Part shown: piece after piece, positions 1-10,560 of the stretch
How the letters are laid out: each line of letters opens with the position of its first letter
Position numbering within the stretch: position 1 is the stretch's first letter
Source of the DNA: Vicinamibacteria bacterium
Lineage (GTDB): Bacteria > Acidobacteriota > Vicinamibacteria > Vicinamibacterales > JAENWD01
Assembly: GCA_963763095.1 (NCBI GenBank)
Contig: CAVXNR010000016.1
Location: 13,308 to 77,307 of the forward strand
Direction of reading: 5' to 3'
DNA: 64,000 nt
The notes under the pieces: model-generated
Databases searched by the model: none
The model's input: the letters and a program-made list of their open reading frames with translations, nothing else
Told to the model about the DNA's origin: nothing
Made by a program: the position numbers and the translations under genes

Positions 1-27
1 GCTCCTCGCAATCGTGGACACCGCGAG

Positions 28-819
28 ATGACACCGCGCCTGGTCCTCGCGGTCGTGCTGGTCACGGGGACCATGCTGGTGGTCCCCGGCACGGTGCTCA
101 AAGAGGCCGAAGCGCAGCTCGTGCGCGACTCGCGCTTTGCCGGTCTGCAGTGGACGTTCGTCCGGATCAAGTACACGGCGAACACCCAGCCGGGTCGCTA
201 TCGCATGGAGTACCGGGGAGAGCCCTGGGCGATCGACGGCCCGGCTGCCGAACAGAATCTGTCTCGGCGGGTCAAGACCGTCACCGCGGTAGACGTTGCC
301 GATCCGATCGTGTTGACGCTCGAGGATCCGAGGCTCTGGGAGCATCCGTGGATCTATTTCGTCGAACCCGGCAACCTGCGCCTGACCGAGGCGGAAGTGC
401 CGATCCTGCGCGAGTTTCTGCTGCGCGGAGGGACCGCCACATTCGACGACTTTCATGGCCCGTACGAGTGGGACAACCTGGTCCGCGAGCTCAAGCGCGT
501 GTTTCCCGAGCGGGAGATCGTGGAGCTCGAACCGTCGCACCCGATCTTCAGCTGCTTCTACAAGCTCGAGAAATATCCGCAGACGCCCGGGCTCGGCTCG
601 TTCTTCAGCGGCCGCACCTGGGAGAAGGGCGGGTTCATCCCCCACCTGCGCGCGGTGCTCGACGATCGCGAGCGGCCCATGGTGCTGATCAACTGGAACA
701 CCGACATGGGCGACGGGTGGGAGTGGTCCAATGCCGAGGAGTATCCCGGCTACTTCCGGTACACGGCCGAAGCGTACCGAATGGGCATCAACGAAGTGAT
801 CTACGCGCTGACGCATTGA
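28..819 (+). CDS. DUF4159-like secreted or membrane-anchored protein, first gene of the MoxR-VWA cluster
   Basis: Track ORF 28..819 (263 aa) with a hydrophobic N-terminus (LVLAVVLVTGTMLVV). Motifs FVRIKY, IYFVEPGNLRLTE and LREFLLRGG resemble DUF4159 proteins that accompany MoxR/DUF58/BatA genes. Family recalled from memory. Confidence 0.65.
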   Translation: MTPRLVLAVVLVTGTMLVVPGTVLKEAEAQLVRDSRFAGLQWTFVRIKYTANTQPGRYRMEYRGEPWAIDGPAAEQNLSRRVKTVTAVDVADPIVLTLEDPRLWEHPWIYFVEPGNLRLTEAEVPILREFLLRGGTATFDDFHGPYEWDNLVRELKRVFPEREIVELEPSHPIFSCFYKLEKYPQTPGLGSFFSGRTWEKGGFIPHLRAVLDDRERPMVLINWNTDMGDGWEWSNAEEYPGYFRYTAEAYRMGINEVIYALTH

Positions 820-851
820 GCGCCCGGCGCGCAGGGGTGGAGCCAGGATTC

Positions 852-1874
<1,023 letters not shown>

Positions 1875-1875
1875 C

Positions 1876-2787
1876 GTGGCGGTGACCAGCAGTCGATCGG
1901 GCGAGGCGCGGTTTCTCGATCCCACGGTGATCGCGCGCATCGCGAGCCTCGAGCTCAAGGCGCGCACCATCGTCGAGGGGTTCCTCTCGGGGCTGCACCG
2001 GAGTCCGCTGAAGGGGTTCAGCGTGGAGTTCGCCGAGTACCGGCAGTACCTGCCGGGCGACGATCTCTCGACGATCGACTGGAAGGTGTACGCCCGATCC
2101 GACCGCTATTACGTGAAGAAGTACGAGGAGGAAACCAACCTCCGTGCGCATCTGCTGCTGGACATCAGTGCCTCGATGAACTACGGCTCCGCGGCGTTGA
2201 CCAAGCGCGAGTACGGATCGTGCCTGGCCGCATCTCTCGCCTACCTGATGGCCCGGCAGCGTGATGCGGCGGGCCTGGTGACGTTCGATGACCGCATTCT
2301 CGGATGGCTGCCGCCGAGCATCCGTCCCGGGCACCTGCGTGCGCTGCTGCTCACACTCGACCGGCTGCCGGCGGGTGCGCGAACCGACGCGGGCCGTCCA
2401 TTGCACCAGCTCGCCGACTCGCTCGCCAAGCGCGGGATGATCGTCCTGATTTCCGACCTGCTCGACGATCCGGCACGCGTAATCGACGGGCTGAAGCACT
2501 TCCGGTTCCGCGGCAACGACGTCCTCGTGCTGCATGTGCTCGATCACGCCGAGTTGACATTCCCGTTCGATCGCCCGATTACGTTTCGCGACCTCGAGAC
2601 CGACGAGGAGGTCATCGCCTCGCCGTCGGAGGTGCGCGAGCAATACTTGACCGGCATCCGCGGCCTCGTGGACACGTATCAGCGCGAGCTGCGGTCGGTC
2701 GGGATCGATTACCAGCTCGTCGACACCAGCGAGCCGCTGGATCGTGCGCTGCTGTCATACCTGGCCGTTCGTGGCCGCCGCCAGTAG
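1876..2787 (+). CDS. DUF58 protein (VWA-like, MoxR partner)
   Basis: Frame of track ORF 1834..2787. GTG at 1876 lies 2 nt after the MoxR stop. Motifs GLHRSPLKGFSVEFAEYRQYLPGDD and LLLDISASMNYG (MIDAS-like) are typical of DUF58. The exact start is uncertain (1834 TTG, 1876 or 1882 GTG). Confidence 0.85.
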   Translation: MAVTSSRSGEARFLDPTVIARIASLELKARTIVEGFLSGLHRSPLKGFSVEFAEYRQYLPGDDLSTIDWKVYARSDRYYVKKYEEETNLRAHLLLDISASMNYGSAALTKREYGSCLAASLAYLMARQRDAAGLVTFDDRILGWLPPSIRPGHLRALLLTLDRLPAGARTDAGRPLHQLADSLAKRGMIVLISDLLDDPARVIDGLKHFRFRGNDVLVLHVLDHAELTFPFDRPITFRDLETDEEVIASPSEVREQYLTGIRGLVDTYQRELRSVGIDYQLVDTSEPLDRALLSYLAVRGRRQ

Positions 2788-2805
2788 ACGAATGAAGGTG
2801 CTGGC

Positions 2806-4689
2806 GTGGACCTGCGATTCCTCTCCCCGCTGTTCCTGATCGGCCTCGCCGCTGCGGCGGTTCCCATCGCCATTCACTTGTTTCGCCGGCAAGCCGAGCC
2901 CGTCCTGCCCTTCGGCACGGTACGCTTTCTGAGGCGCGTGCCGATCGAGCACGCGCGCCGCCGCCGGCTGCGTGAATGGCTGCTCCTCGCGTTGCGCACG
3001 CTCGCGCTGGTGCTGTTTGCGCTCTCGTTCGCCCGGCCGTACCTGGCCGACACACGCGCGGCACAGACAGGGCCGGTGACTGTCATCGCCGTGGACACGT
3101 CGTACAGCATGTCAGCGCCGCCGCAGGTGGAGCGCGCGCGCGCGCTGGCCCTGCAGGCAATCAAGGATGCGCGGGCGGATCGCGCCGTGGCGCTGATGGT
3201 CTTCGACGAGCGCGCCGCAATGGTGGTGGCGCCCACGATGGACCGGGGAATCGTCCGCGCGGCGCTCGATCGTATCGCGCCAGGCCCGCGAAGCACCCGC
3301 TACGGCGCCGCGATCACGGCAGCCGCAGACGTTCTGGCGGGCCGCGGCGGACGCCTCGTCGTCGTGTCGGACCTGCAGCAGAACGGGTGGGTGGATGCGA
3401 GCGCCGCCGCCCTGCCCGCGGGCACCGAAGTGGAGGCCCTGGACGTGGGCGCCCCCCGAGGCAACCTCGCCGTCGTATCTCTGCGACGGCAGGACGGGGG
3501 CATGACGGCCACCCTCCGTAACGGCGGGACGGAGCCGAAACCGGCGCGCGTGGCCCTGACCATTGAGGGCCGCGCGCGCGCCGAACGGCAGGTCACGATT
3601 CCCGCGGGAGCGTCCCAGGAGGTGCACTTCGCGCTGCCGCTTCCGGCCGCGGGCGCGGTGCGGGCGGAGGTCACGGACCCGCACGGCTACGCCGCCGACA
3701 ACGTCAGGTTTGCCGTGCTCGACACGCCTCCGCGGCCCAGAATCGCCGCGATCACGACCGCGGGGGCCGCGAGCGGTGACAGCTTCTATGTGGAGCGGGC
3801 ACTTGCCGCGGCAGAGGGACCGGACGGCATGCGCCTCGAACGGGTGACGATGGACACCGTATCCGCGAATCCCGCCGTCCTCGAGAACGCCGCCGGCATC
3901 CTGTTGTTCTCCACCTCGGGACTGGACCGCCGCGCGAGCGACGCGATCAGCGGGGCCGTGAACGGAGGCGCGGGGCTCCTGCTGGTGCCCGGACCTTCGC
4001 TGGACCCGACGCGCGCATCGCCCGCATTGCCGGCCGTGCTCGGTGCGCGGGCGACAGCGATCGACGTCAGCGACGATCCGCTGACGTTCGCGCCAACCGA
4101 CGTCAGGCATCCTGTGTTCGCGGCATTCGGCACCGAGGGGGGCCTCCTCGGCTCGGCGCGCTTCCGGCGCACGGTGCGCTGGTCCGCCTCCCAGACGCGT
4201 CGACCCCTCGCCCGCTTCAGCAATGGGGCACCGGCGCTCGTGGAGGTGACCGGCGCGAGCGGGCACATCCTGCTGCTGGCGAGCGATCTCGCGAACGCCT
4301 GGAACGATTTTGCGCTGCACCCCGCCTTTGTGCCGTTCGTGCACGACCTGGTGCGGTACCTCGCGGCGGGCCGGCGGGCGGGCACCGAGTACCGGGTGGG
4401 GGAGTGGGGAGGCGCGGGAGGCGACCGACCCGGCGTTCTCACGACCGGTGGACCGCGAGGGGAGACCGGCCGTCGAATCGCCGTGAACGTCGATCTACGC
4501 GAGGCCGACGGGCCGCGGTTGACGCCAGCCGCCTTCGCCGCGGCGGTGCCCCGGGGCGCGGACCCGGGGCACGGGCCTGCCGAGGCGTCGCAGCGCAATC
4601 GTGAGGGTGACCAGTCGCTCTGGCGGTACGGCCTGATGGTGATGCTCGCCGGCCTTGCGGCAGAGAGCCTGATCGGGCGCAGGGCGTGA
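2806..4689 (+). CDS. BatA-type N-terminal membrane anchor plus VWA-domain protein
   Basis: 627-aa ORF with a GTG start. The N-terminus FLSPLFLIGLAAAAVPIAIHLF matches the aerotolerance BatA-type anchor, followed by a second TM segment and the MIDAS-like VIAVDTSYSMS. Confidence 0.75.
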   Translation: MDLRFLSPLFLIGLAAAAVPIAIHLFRRQAEPVLPFGTVRFLRRVPIEHARRRRLREWLLLALRTLALVLFALSFARPYLADTRAAQTGPVTVIAVDTSYSMSAPPQVERARALALQAIKDARADRAVALMVFDERAAMVVAPTMDRGIVRAALDRIAPGPRSTRYGAAITAAADVLAGRGGRLVVVSDLQQNGWVDASAAALPAGTEVEALDVGAPRGNLAVVSLRRQDGGMTATLRNGGTEPKPARVALTIEGRARAERQVTIPAGASQEVHFALPLPAAGAVRAEVTDPHGYAADNVRFAVLDTPPRPRIAAITTAGAASGDSFYVERALAAAEGPDGMRLERVTMDTVSANPAVLENAAGILLFSTSGLDRRASDAISGAVNGGAGLLLVPGPSLDPTRASPALPAVLGARATAIDVSDDPLTFAPTDVRHPVFAAFGTEGGLLGSARFRRTVRWSASQTRRPLARFSNGAPALVEVTGASGHILLLASDLANAWNDFALHPAFVPFVHDLVRYLAAGRRAGTEYRVGEWGGAGGDRPGVLTTGGPRGETGRRIAVNVDLREADGPRLTPAAFAAAVPRGADPGHGPAEASQRNREGDQSLWRYGLMVMLAGLAAESLIGRRA

Positions 4690-7600
4690 ACGGCATCGGA
4701 GGATCCACACCGGCTGCGGAGCAGGAGGGTGTCCAGGTGGAGATGAGCGGCTCGAGCGAGAGGTCCGGGCTCACCACTGCAGTACGCGCAGCGGTGAGGG
4801 ATGTGCGCTCCCGCTGGCGCACCCTGGCCCGATTGCGGATCGCGGCGGGAGTCGCTGCGGCGACGGCCGTCGTGTGGCTGATCGCGTGGGCCATCGTTCA
4901 GCTCCTGGCGCTCGGCGGGGGCGCACTCGCGCTCGTCGGGGCAGGTGCGCTGGCGGTCACGATGGCCCTTTGTGCGGTCGCGCTCGTCCGCCGTGAGCCC
5001 GTGCCGGGGGACCGGGCGCTCGCGCGGTACATCGAAGAGCAGTGCCCGGAGCTGGAGGATCGGCTGGCGACGGCGGTGGAGATCGTGGCCGGGTCCTCTC
5101 CTGCACATGCGGGCATCCGCGGGGCGATGCTGGCCGATGCCTCGCGTGCCCTCGGCCAGGTCTCGCTGGCGGCCATCGTGCCGCGCGAGCGGGTGCGGCG
5201 CGCCGGCCTGCTCGCAACCGCCGCCGTCGCGGCGCTGGTGGCTGCCGCTGCGCTCTGGGTCGAGCCCGGCCGGCAGGCGCTGCGGTTCGCCGCGCTCTAT
5301 GCGGTACCCGGGCGCCTGGTGCTGCATGTATCCCCTGGCCACGCACGTATCAAGCGCGGCGACTCGTTCGTCATTCGTGCGGCCACGATGGCGGGGGACG
5401 CAGGCATTGCGCCAGACCTCACGGTCACCATGGGCGATCAGCGCCGTACGGTCGGCATGCAGGCCGCCGGCGGCGATCGATTCGCGTGGCGGTTCGAGAA
5501 TGTTCCCGCTTCCTTCACCTACTCGGTGTCGGCTGCGGGGCGCACTTCCGAGACGTACACGGTGACGGCGCTCGACCCGCCCCGCGTCGCCCGCATCGAT
5601 TTGCAGTACCAGTTTCCGGAGTACACGCGGCTGCCTCCCCGCAAAGAGGAGGACGGCGGCGACATCTACGCGCCGAATGGCACGCGCGTCACGCTGTCGA
5701 TCCAGGCGAGCAAGGGGGCGACCTCCGGCGCTCTCTCGCTCGCCGGCGGAGTCCGGGTGCGGCTGCAGCCGGCGGCGGACGGCCGCTTCAAGGCGACGCT
5801 GCCCATCACCGCCGACGGCGCATATCGCGTGGCTCTGCGGGACGCCGATGGTCTCGCGTCTGATGGCGACACCGAATATTTCATCCGCGTGTTGAACGAT
5901 CGCCCTCCGGACGTCCGCATCCTGCGTCCCGCGGGCGATCGGCAGGTCACCGCGCTCGAGGAAATCACCATCGAGGCGCGCGCCGACGACGACTACGGCG
6001 TCGGTGCGTTCGATCTCGTGTACAGCATCCGCGGTGCCGGTGAGAAGGCGGTCCCGTTTGAAGGGAAGCGGGCGCCGTTGTCCGTCACCGGGCAACACAC
6101 GTTGTATCTCGAGGAGCTCGGGGTGAAGCCAGGCGACTTCGTGACGTATTACGCTCGCGTGCGCGACGTCAGCCGCGGCCGGCGATCCACTGAGGCGCGC
6201 AGCGATATCTTTTTCCTCGAGGTGAAGCCGTTCGAAGAAGAGTTCGCGTCGGCTCAGAGCCAGGCGGGGGGTGGCGGAAGCGGCAATCGATCGCTCGACG
6301 ACCTCGTCACCGCCCAGAAGGACATCGTCGTGGCGACGTGGAAGCTGGATCGCCGCACCGGCGCGGGCCGTTCGGCTCAGGACGTGCGGGCGGTCGGCCG
6401 TGCGCAAGGGGAGCTGAAGGAACGGGCCGAGCGTGCGGCCGCACAGATGCGCGATCCACGGCGCCGATCGCGCGTCGTGCAGGGCGACTCGGTCGGCGCT
6501 TCCCCTGAGGACCCGTTGCCCAGCGCCGCGGCAGCGATGGGCCGCGCGAAGACGGCACTCGACGCCGTGAAGACCGCCGAGGCGCTGCCCGCGGAAATGG
6601 AAGCACTGAACCACCTGCTGCGCGCGCAGGCGGAAATCAAGCGCCGTGAGGTCATGCGGCAGCAGGCAAACGGGGCGGGGTCCGGTGGGTCCAACCGCTC
6701 GCAGCAGGATCTCTCGACCCTGTTCGATCGCGAGCTGCAGCGGCAGCAGCAGACCAACTACGAAACGCAGAAGAGCACGGAGGAACGCCAGGACAGCAGC
6801 CGTGACAGCTCGCTCGACCGCGTGCGCGAGCTGGCGCGGCGGCAGGAGCAGCTCGCGCGGCAACAGGAAGACCTTGCCCGAGAGCGCGAGCGCCTGAGCG
6901 CGGACGAACTGAAGCGCCGCCTCGAGCGGCTCACGCGCGAGCAGTCTGAGTTGCGGCAGCAGGCCGAAGAGCTGTCGCGGCAGATGGGCCAGCAGCAGGC
7001 CCGGCAGCAGGCTCAGGGAGGCCAGCGCGGACAGCAGCAGGCCGGCCCTGACGGTCAGCAGTCCCAGGGGCAGACGCAGGCTGGCGAGCGGCCAGGGGCC
7101 GCGCGAGCCGGCGGTGCCCAGAGCGCCCAGGGGCAATCGGCGGGTGAGGGGGCGCAGCTCCGCGAAGCATCCGAGGAGATGCGCGGCGCCGCCAGCGATC
7201 TGCGGCGGCAGGATCCCCGGCAGGCCAGTGCCCGGAGCAGCCGGGCCCTCGAGCGGCTGCGATCCCTGGAGCGGCAGCTGCAGGGCGCTCAGCCCGATGA
7301 GCGCCGCCGCGCCCTCGGCGATTTGCAGCTCGAGGCGCGTCAGCTTGCCGAGCGGCAGCGCGAGCTGGCCGAGCAGGCGGCAGCCGGCGGGCGCGCATCG
7401 AACGCCGACGACGCGCGGCGGCGCATCGCCGGCGATCAGGACCGCCTGGCCGATCGGCTGAAGCGGCTCGAGGAGCAGGTCAAGGGTGTGGCAGCCTCCG
7501 GCGAGAGCGCCGAGCCTCGGGCGCGGCAGGCGGTTGGGGACGCCGCGCGTCAGATCGAACAGGATCGCCTGGAGACACGGATGCGCGAATCGGCAAACGC

Positions 7601-8348
7601 GCTCCGGGCGGCGGGGAAGGACCCGTCCTCGGCGGAGGGTGCCGCCGCACGGGCCGCGAGCACTGGACGACAACTGGCGCGGTCGATGGACCGGGTGGCC
7701 GACCAGCTCGGAGAGGCCTCGGGTTCGAAGAACGGGGACGATCGCAAGCTCTCGGATCAGCTCGCGCGCACCCGCGAGCTGAAGGAAGACATGAACGAGC
7801 TGCAGCGCCGCATCCAGCGGCTTGGGCGCGACGCTCAGGGCGGTACCCGGCAGCCGCCGGACGGGAACCGCAAACCGTCGCAGGAAGCGGCCGTCCAGGG
7901 GTCCCAATCCGATCCGGCAGGTACCCGCGGCGGGGCCGGACAGAGCAACACGCCCTCCGGCGGGCAGCCCGGAGCCGGCGACGGCGCGCAACGTGAGCTG
8001 CAGCAATTGCAGCAGCAGTACGCCGAACGCGTGCGCGAGGCCGAGAGGCTGCGGCAGGAGCTTGGCGGCGCCCGTCAGGATGGACGCCAGGGCACCACAC
8101 CGGAGGGTCAGGACATGGTCGGCTCAGCGCCGGGCACGGAGGCGTTCAAACAGGACTTCTCGCGGTGGGAACTGCTGCACAAGGATGTGACGCTCGGTCT
8201 CGAACGTCTCGAGGCGTCGCTCTCGCAGGCCCTGCTGGAACGCGCCGCCCGCGATCGCCTGAAGGCCGGCGGGGCCGATCGCGCGCCCGACGAGTACGAA
8301 CGGGCGGTCGACGCCTACTTCCGATCGCTCGCCGCCCCGAAGCCCTGA
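4686..8348 (+). CDS. Large membrane-anchored protein with a long Q/R/E-rich coiled-coil region (DUF4175-like?)
   Basis: 1220-aa ORF whose GTG start overlaps the previous stop (GTGA). N-terminal TM segments (AAGVAAATAVVWLIAWAIVQLL, GAGALAVTMALCAVALV), a central beta-rich part, then several hundred residues of charged heptad-like low-complexity sequence. Family name is tentative. Confidence 0.7.
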   Translation: MNGIGGSTPAAEQEGVQVEMSGSSERSGLTTAVRAAVRDVRSRWRTLARLRIAAGVAAATAVVWLIAWAIVQLLALGGGALALVGAGALAVTMALCAVALVRREPVPGDRALARYIEEQCPELEDRLATAVEIVAGSSPAHAGIRGAMLADASRALGQVSLAAIVPRERVRRAGLLATAAVAALVAAAALWVEPGRQALRFAALYAVPGRLVLHVSPGHARIKRGDSFVIRAATMAGDAGIAPDLTVTMGDQRRTVGMQAAGGDRFAWRFENVPASFTYSVSAAGRTSETYTVTALDPPRVARIDLQYQFPEYTRLPPRKEEDGGDIYAPNGTRVTLSIQASKGATSGALSLAGGVRVRLQPAADGRFKATLPITADGAYRVALRDADGLASDGDTEYFIRVLNDRPPDVRILRPAGDRQVTALEEITIEARADDDYGVGAFDLVYSIRGAGEKAVPFEGKRAPLSVTGQHTLYLEELGVKPGDFVTYYARVRDVSRGRRSTEARSDIFFLEVKPFEEEFASAQSQAGGGGSGNRSLDDLVTAQKDIVVATWKLDRRTGAGRSAQDVRAVGRAQGELKERAERAAAQMRDPRRRSRVVQGDSVGASPEDPLPSAAAAMGRAKTALDAVKTAEALPAEMEALNHLLRAQAEIKRREVMRQQANGAGSGGSNRSQQDLSTLFDRELQRQQQTNYETQKSTEERQDSSRDSSLDRVRELARRQEQLARQQEDLARERERLSADELKRRLERLTREQSELRQQAEELSRQMGQQQARQQAQGGQRGQQQAGPDGQQSQGQTQAGERPGAARAGGAQSAQGQSAGEGAQLREASEEMRGAASDLRRQDPRQASARSSRALERLRSLERQLQGAQPDERRRALGDLQLEARQLAERQRELAEQAAAGGRASNADDARRRIAGDQDRLADRLKRLEEQVKGVAASGESAEPRARQAVGDAARQIEQDRLETRMRESANALRAAGKDPSSAEGAAARAASTGRQLARSMDRVADQLGEASGSKNGDDRKLSDQLARTRELKEDMNELQRRIQRLGRDAQGGTRQPPDGNRKPSQEAAVQGSQSDPAGTRGGAGQSNTPSGGQPGAGDGAQRELQQLQQQYAERVREAERLRQELGGARQDGRQGTTPEGQDMVGSAPGTEAFKQDFSRWELLHKDVTLGLERLEASLSQALLERAARDRLKAGGADRAPDEYERAVDAYFRSLAAPKP

Positions 8349-8349
8349 C

Positions 8350-10560
8350 GTGTTCTTCGCCCATCCGATTCCGTCGTGGGCGCTCGCGGCCATCCTCCTG
8401 CTTGCCGCGGCGCTCGCCGTGGCGGCCTACGCGCGCGGGCGCGTGCCGCTCCGACGCGGCCAGCGCGCCACGCTGACGGGGCTGCGCTTCGCGGCGCTGG
8501 CGCTCCTCGTGTTTTTTCTTCTGCGACCGGTGGTCCCTCTCGGGCCTCCGCCGGGAGGCAGCGGGGTGGTGGCGCTCCTCGTCGACACGTCCCGCAGCAT
8601 GGGCCTCGAGGAGGATGGCGTCACACGGCTCGCGCGCGCCCAATCCGTCGTGCGCGACCAGCTCGTGCCCGCTCTATCGGGCAGCTTCACGGTGGAAGTG
8701 CTGGATGCCGGCGACCGGGTGCAGCGCGCGGACATCGGCGGACTGTCGGCGAACGCCCGCAGCACCGATCTGCCCGGTGCGCTCGCCGCCACGCGTGACC
8801 GCTACCGCGAACGGAACCTCGCCGGCATCGTGCTCATCTCCGACGGGGGCAATCTGGTCCCGCTGGATCACACCGCCTCGAGCCCTGGCGCGGAGGTCCC
8901 CATCATCACCGTAGGCGTGGGCGACGCCGAGATCCAGTACGACCGCGAGTTGCGCAGCGTGACTGCTGGCCCCTCGGCGATGGACGCCAGCCTCGTGGAT
9001 ATCACCGCTACCATCGTTGGACATGGAGCATCCGGCCGATCACAGGTGCGGCTGCTGCAGGGCAGCCGCGTGCTCGACGTGCGCGATGCGACACTGCCGG
9101 CCGATGGTGCCCCGGTGCAGCTCGTCTTTCCAGTGCAGCCCGAGCGCGACGCCCCCGGGGTGTTCGGAGTGGAGGTCGCCGCCGACGCGGACGAGCTGAC
9201 GAGCAGGAACAACAGGATGGACGTGCTGGTGCCCGCGCCGGGACGTCCACGGCGCATCCTGTTCCTGGAGGGAGCCCCCGGCTTCGAGCACACGTTTCTG
9301 CGGCGTGCGTGGCAGCTCGATCCCTCGCTCGCAATCGACTCGGTCGTGCGCAAGGGCCGCGACGATCGCGGACAGGACACGTATTACGTTCTCGCAGCGT
9401 CTGCCCGCACGGCATCACTCTCCACTGGTTTTCCGGCATCCCGGGAGGCGCTCTACGCCTACGACGCGGTCGTGCTGGGGAACGCGAACCTCGACGCGTT
9501 CCCACGAGACACACTGGAGGCGCTGGCCGACTTCGTCGGCGAACGCGGCGGCGGCCTGCTGGTGCTTGGTTCGCGCGCACTGTCGCCGCAGGGCCTGGCG
9601 CAGTCCACGCTGGAAGCGGTGCTGCCGCTGGAACTGACCGACCGCCGCGGTGGACTGGCGCGGGCGGCACTGCCTGCGGCCGATCGGTTCAAAGTGGCCA
9701 TCACCCCGGAAGGACTGCGGCACCCGGTGACACGACTCGGACCTGCCGATGCCGAGACACGCCGTCGCTGGGCGGCGTTGCCGCCCCTGGGCGGGGCTGC
9801 ACCGCTCGGCGCGGCGCGGCCGGGCGCGTCGGTGCTGGCGGCTACTCAGGGCAGCACGGGGAGCGTCGTTCCGCTCATTGCCGTGCAGCGTTTTGGCCGC
9901 GGTCGCGCGATGATCTTCGGCGGTGAGGGCAGCTGGCGCTGGAAGATGATGATGCCCGCCGACGATCGGACATACGAGGCGTTCTGGCGCCAGGCCGCCC
10001 GTTGGCTCGCGAGCGAGGCGCCAGAGCCGGTGAGCGTGACGGCACCGGCAAACGCTCCGGTCGGCAGCGCAGCGCCGATCGATGTCTCCGTCCGCAACGC
10101 CTCGTTCGAGCCGGTCCCGGATGCGCAGGTGCATGTGTCGGTGCGCGCGCCCGGCGGTGCCGATCGCGTGCTGACGTCCACCGATGCCGGCGGAGCCGGC
10201 CGGCATGCGGCCTCGTTCGTGCCGGAGGAGTCCGGGCTCTATCGCGTCAGGGTGGAGGCGAAGCGGGGTGAGACCGTGCTCGCGTCCGCCGAGCATCCGC
10301 TCCTCGCGGGTGGCACGGATCCGGAATTCGTGGACCCTCGCCTGAACGAGACGGTGCTGCGCAAGCTTGCGGAAGAGTCTGGCGGACGCTACGTCCGGGC
10401 CGCGGACGCCGGCGAAGTGGCCGGCGCCCTCCGCGCTCCACGCGCGCTTGCGCGCCCCGGCGAGGTCAGGGATCTCTGGCACAACGCCTGGTCGTTTCTC
10501 CTGATCGTGGCGCTGCTCACGACCGAATGGGCGCTTCGTCGCCGCTGGGGACTCCGGTGA
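8350..10560 (+). CDS. Membrane protein with VWA-like domain (BatB-like, cluster member)
   Basis: 736-aa ORF with a GTG start 1 nt after the previous stop. Two N-terminal TM helices, MIDAS-like VALLVDTSRSMG, and a C-terminal TM helix (AWSFLLIVALLTTEWAL). Confidence 0.7.
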   Translation: MFFAHPIPSWALAAILLLAAALAVAAYARGRVPLRRGQRATLTGLRFAALALLVFFLLRPVVPLGPPPGGSGVVALLVDTSRSMGLEEDGVTRLARAQSVVRDQLVPALSGSFTVEVLDAGDRVQRADIGGLSANARSTDLPGALAATRDRYRERNLAGIVLISDGGNLVPLDHTASSPGAEVPIITVGVGDAEIQYDRELRSVTAGPSAMDASLVDITATIVGHGASGRSQVRLLQGSRVLDVRDATLPADGAPVQLVFPVQPERDAPGVFGVEVAADADELTSRNNRMDVLVPAPGRPRRILFLEGAPGFEHTFLRRAWQLDPSLAIDSVVRKGRDDRGQDTYYVLAASARTASLSTGFPASREALYAYDAVVLGNANLDAFPRDTLEALADFVGERGGGLLVLGSRALSPQGLAQSTLEAVLPLELTDRRGGLARAALPAADRFKVAITPEGLRHPVTRLGPADAETRRRWAALPPLGGAAPLGAARPGASVLAATQGSTGSVVPLIAVQRFGRGRAMIFGGEGSWRWKMMMPADDRTYEAFWRQAARWLASEAPEPVSVTAPANAPVGSAAPIDVSVRNASFEPVPDAQVHVSVRAPGGADRVLTSTDAGGAGRHAASFVPEESGLYRVRVEAKRGETVLASAEHPLLAGGTDPEFVDPRLNETVLRKLAEESGGRYVRAADAGEVAGALRAPRALARPGEVRDLWHNAWSFLLIVALLTTEWALRRRWGLR

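Noticed and set aside
150-851. N-terminal extension of the MoxR ORF (track ORF 150..1874). Similar extensions occur at 13105-13242, 62185-62292 and 53433-53588.
   Set aside because: The extensions overlap upstream genes or have Arg/Gly-rich non-coding composition. Internal starts give N-termini typical of the respective families.
3786-8006. 1406-aa minus-strand ORF, the longest ORF in the track
   Set aside because: It is antisense to two + strand genes that have clear domain content (BatA/VWA and the coiled-coil protein). Its translation is Arg/Pro/Gly/Ala-rich with no motifs, as expected for a stop-poor shadow frame in GC-rich DNA.
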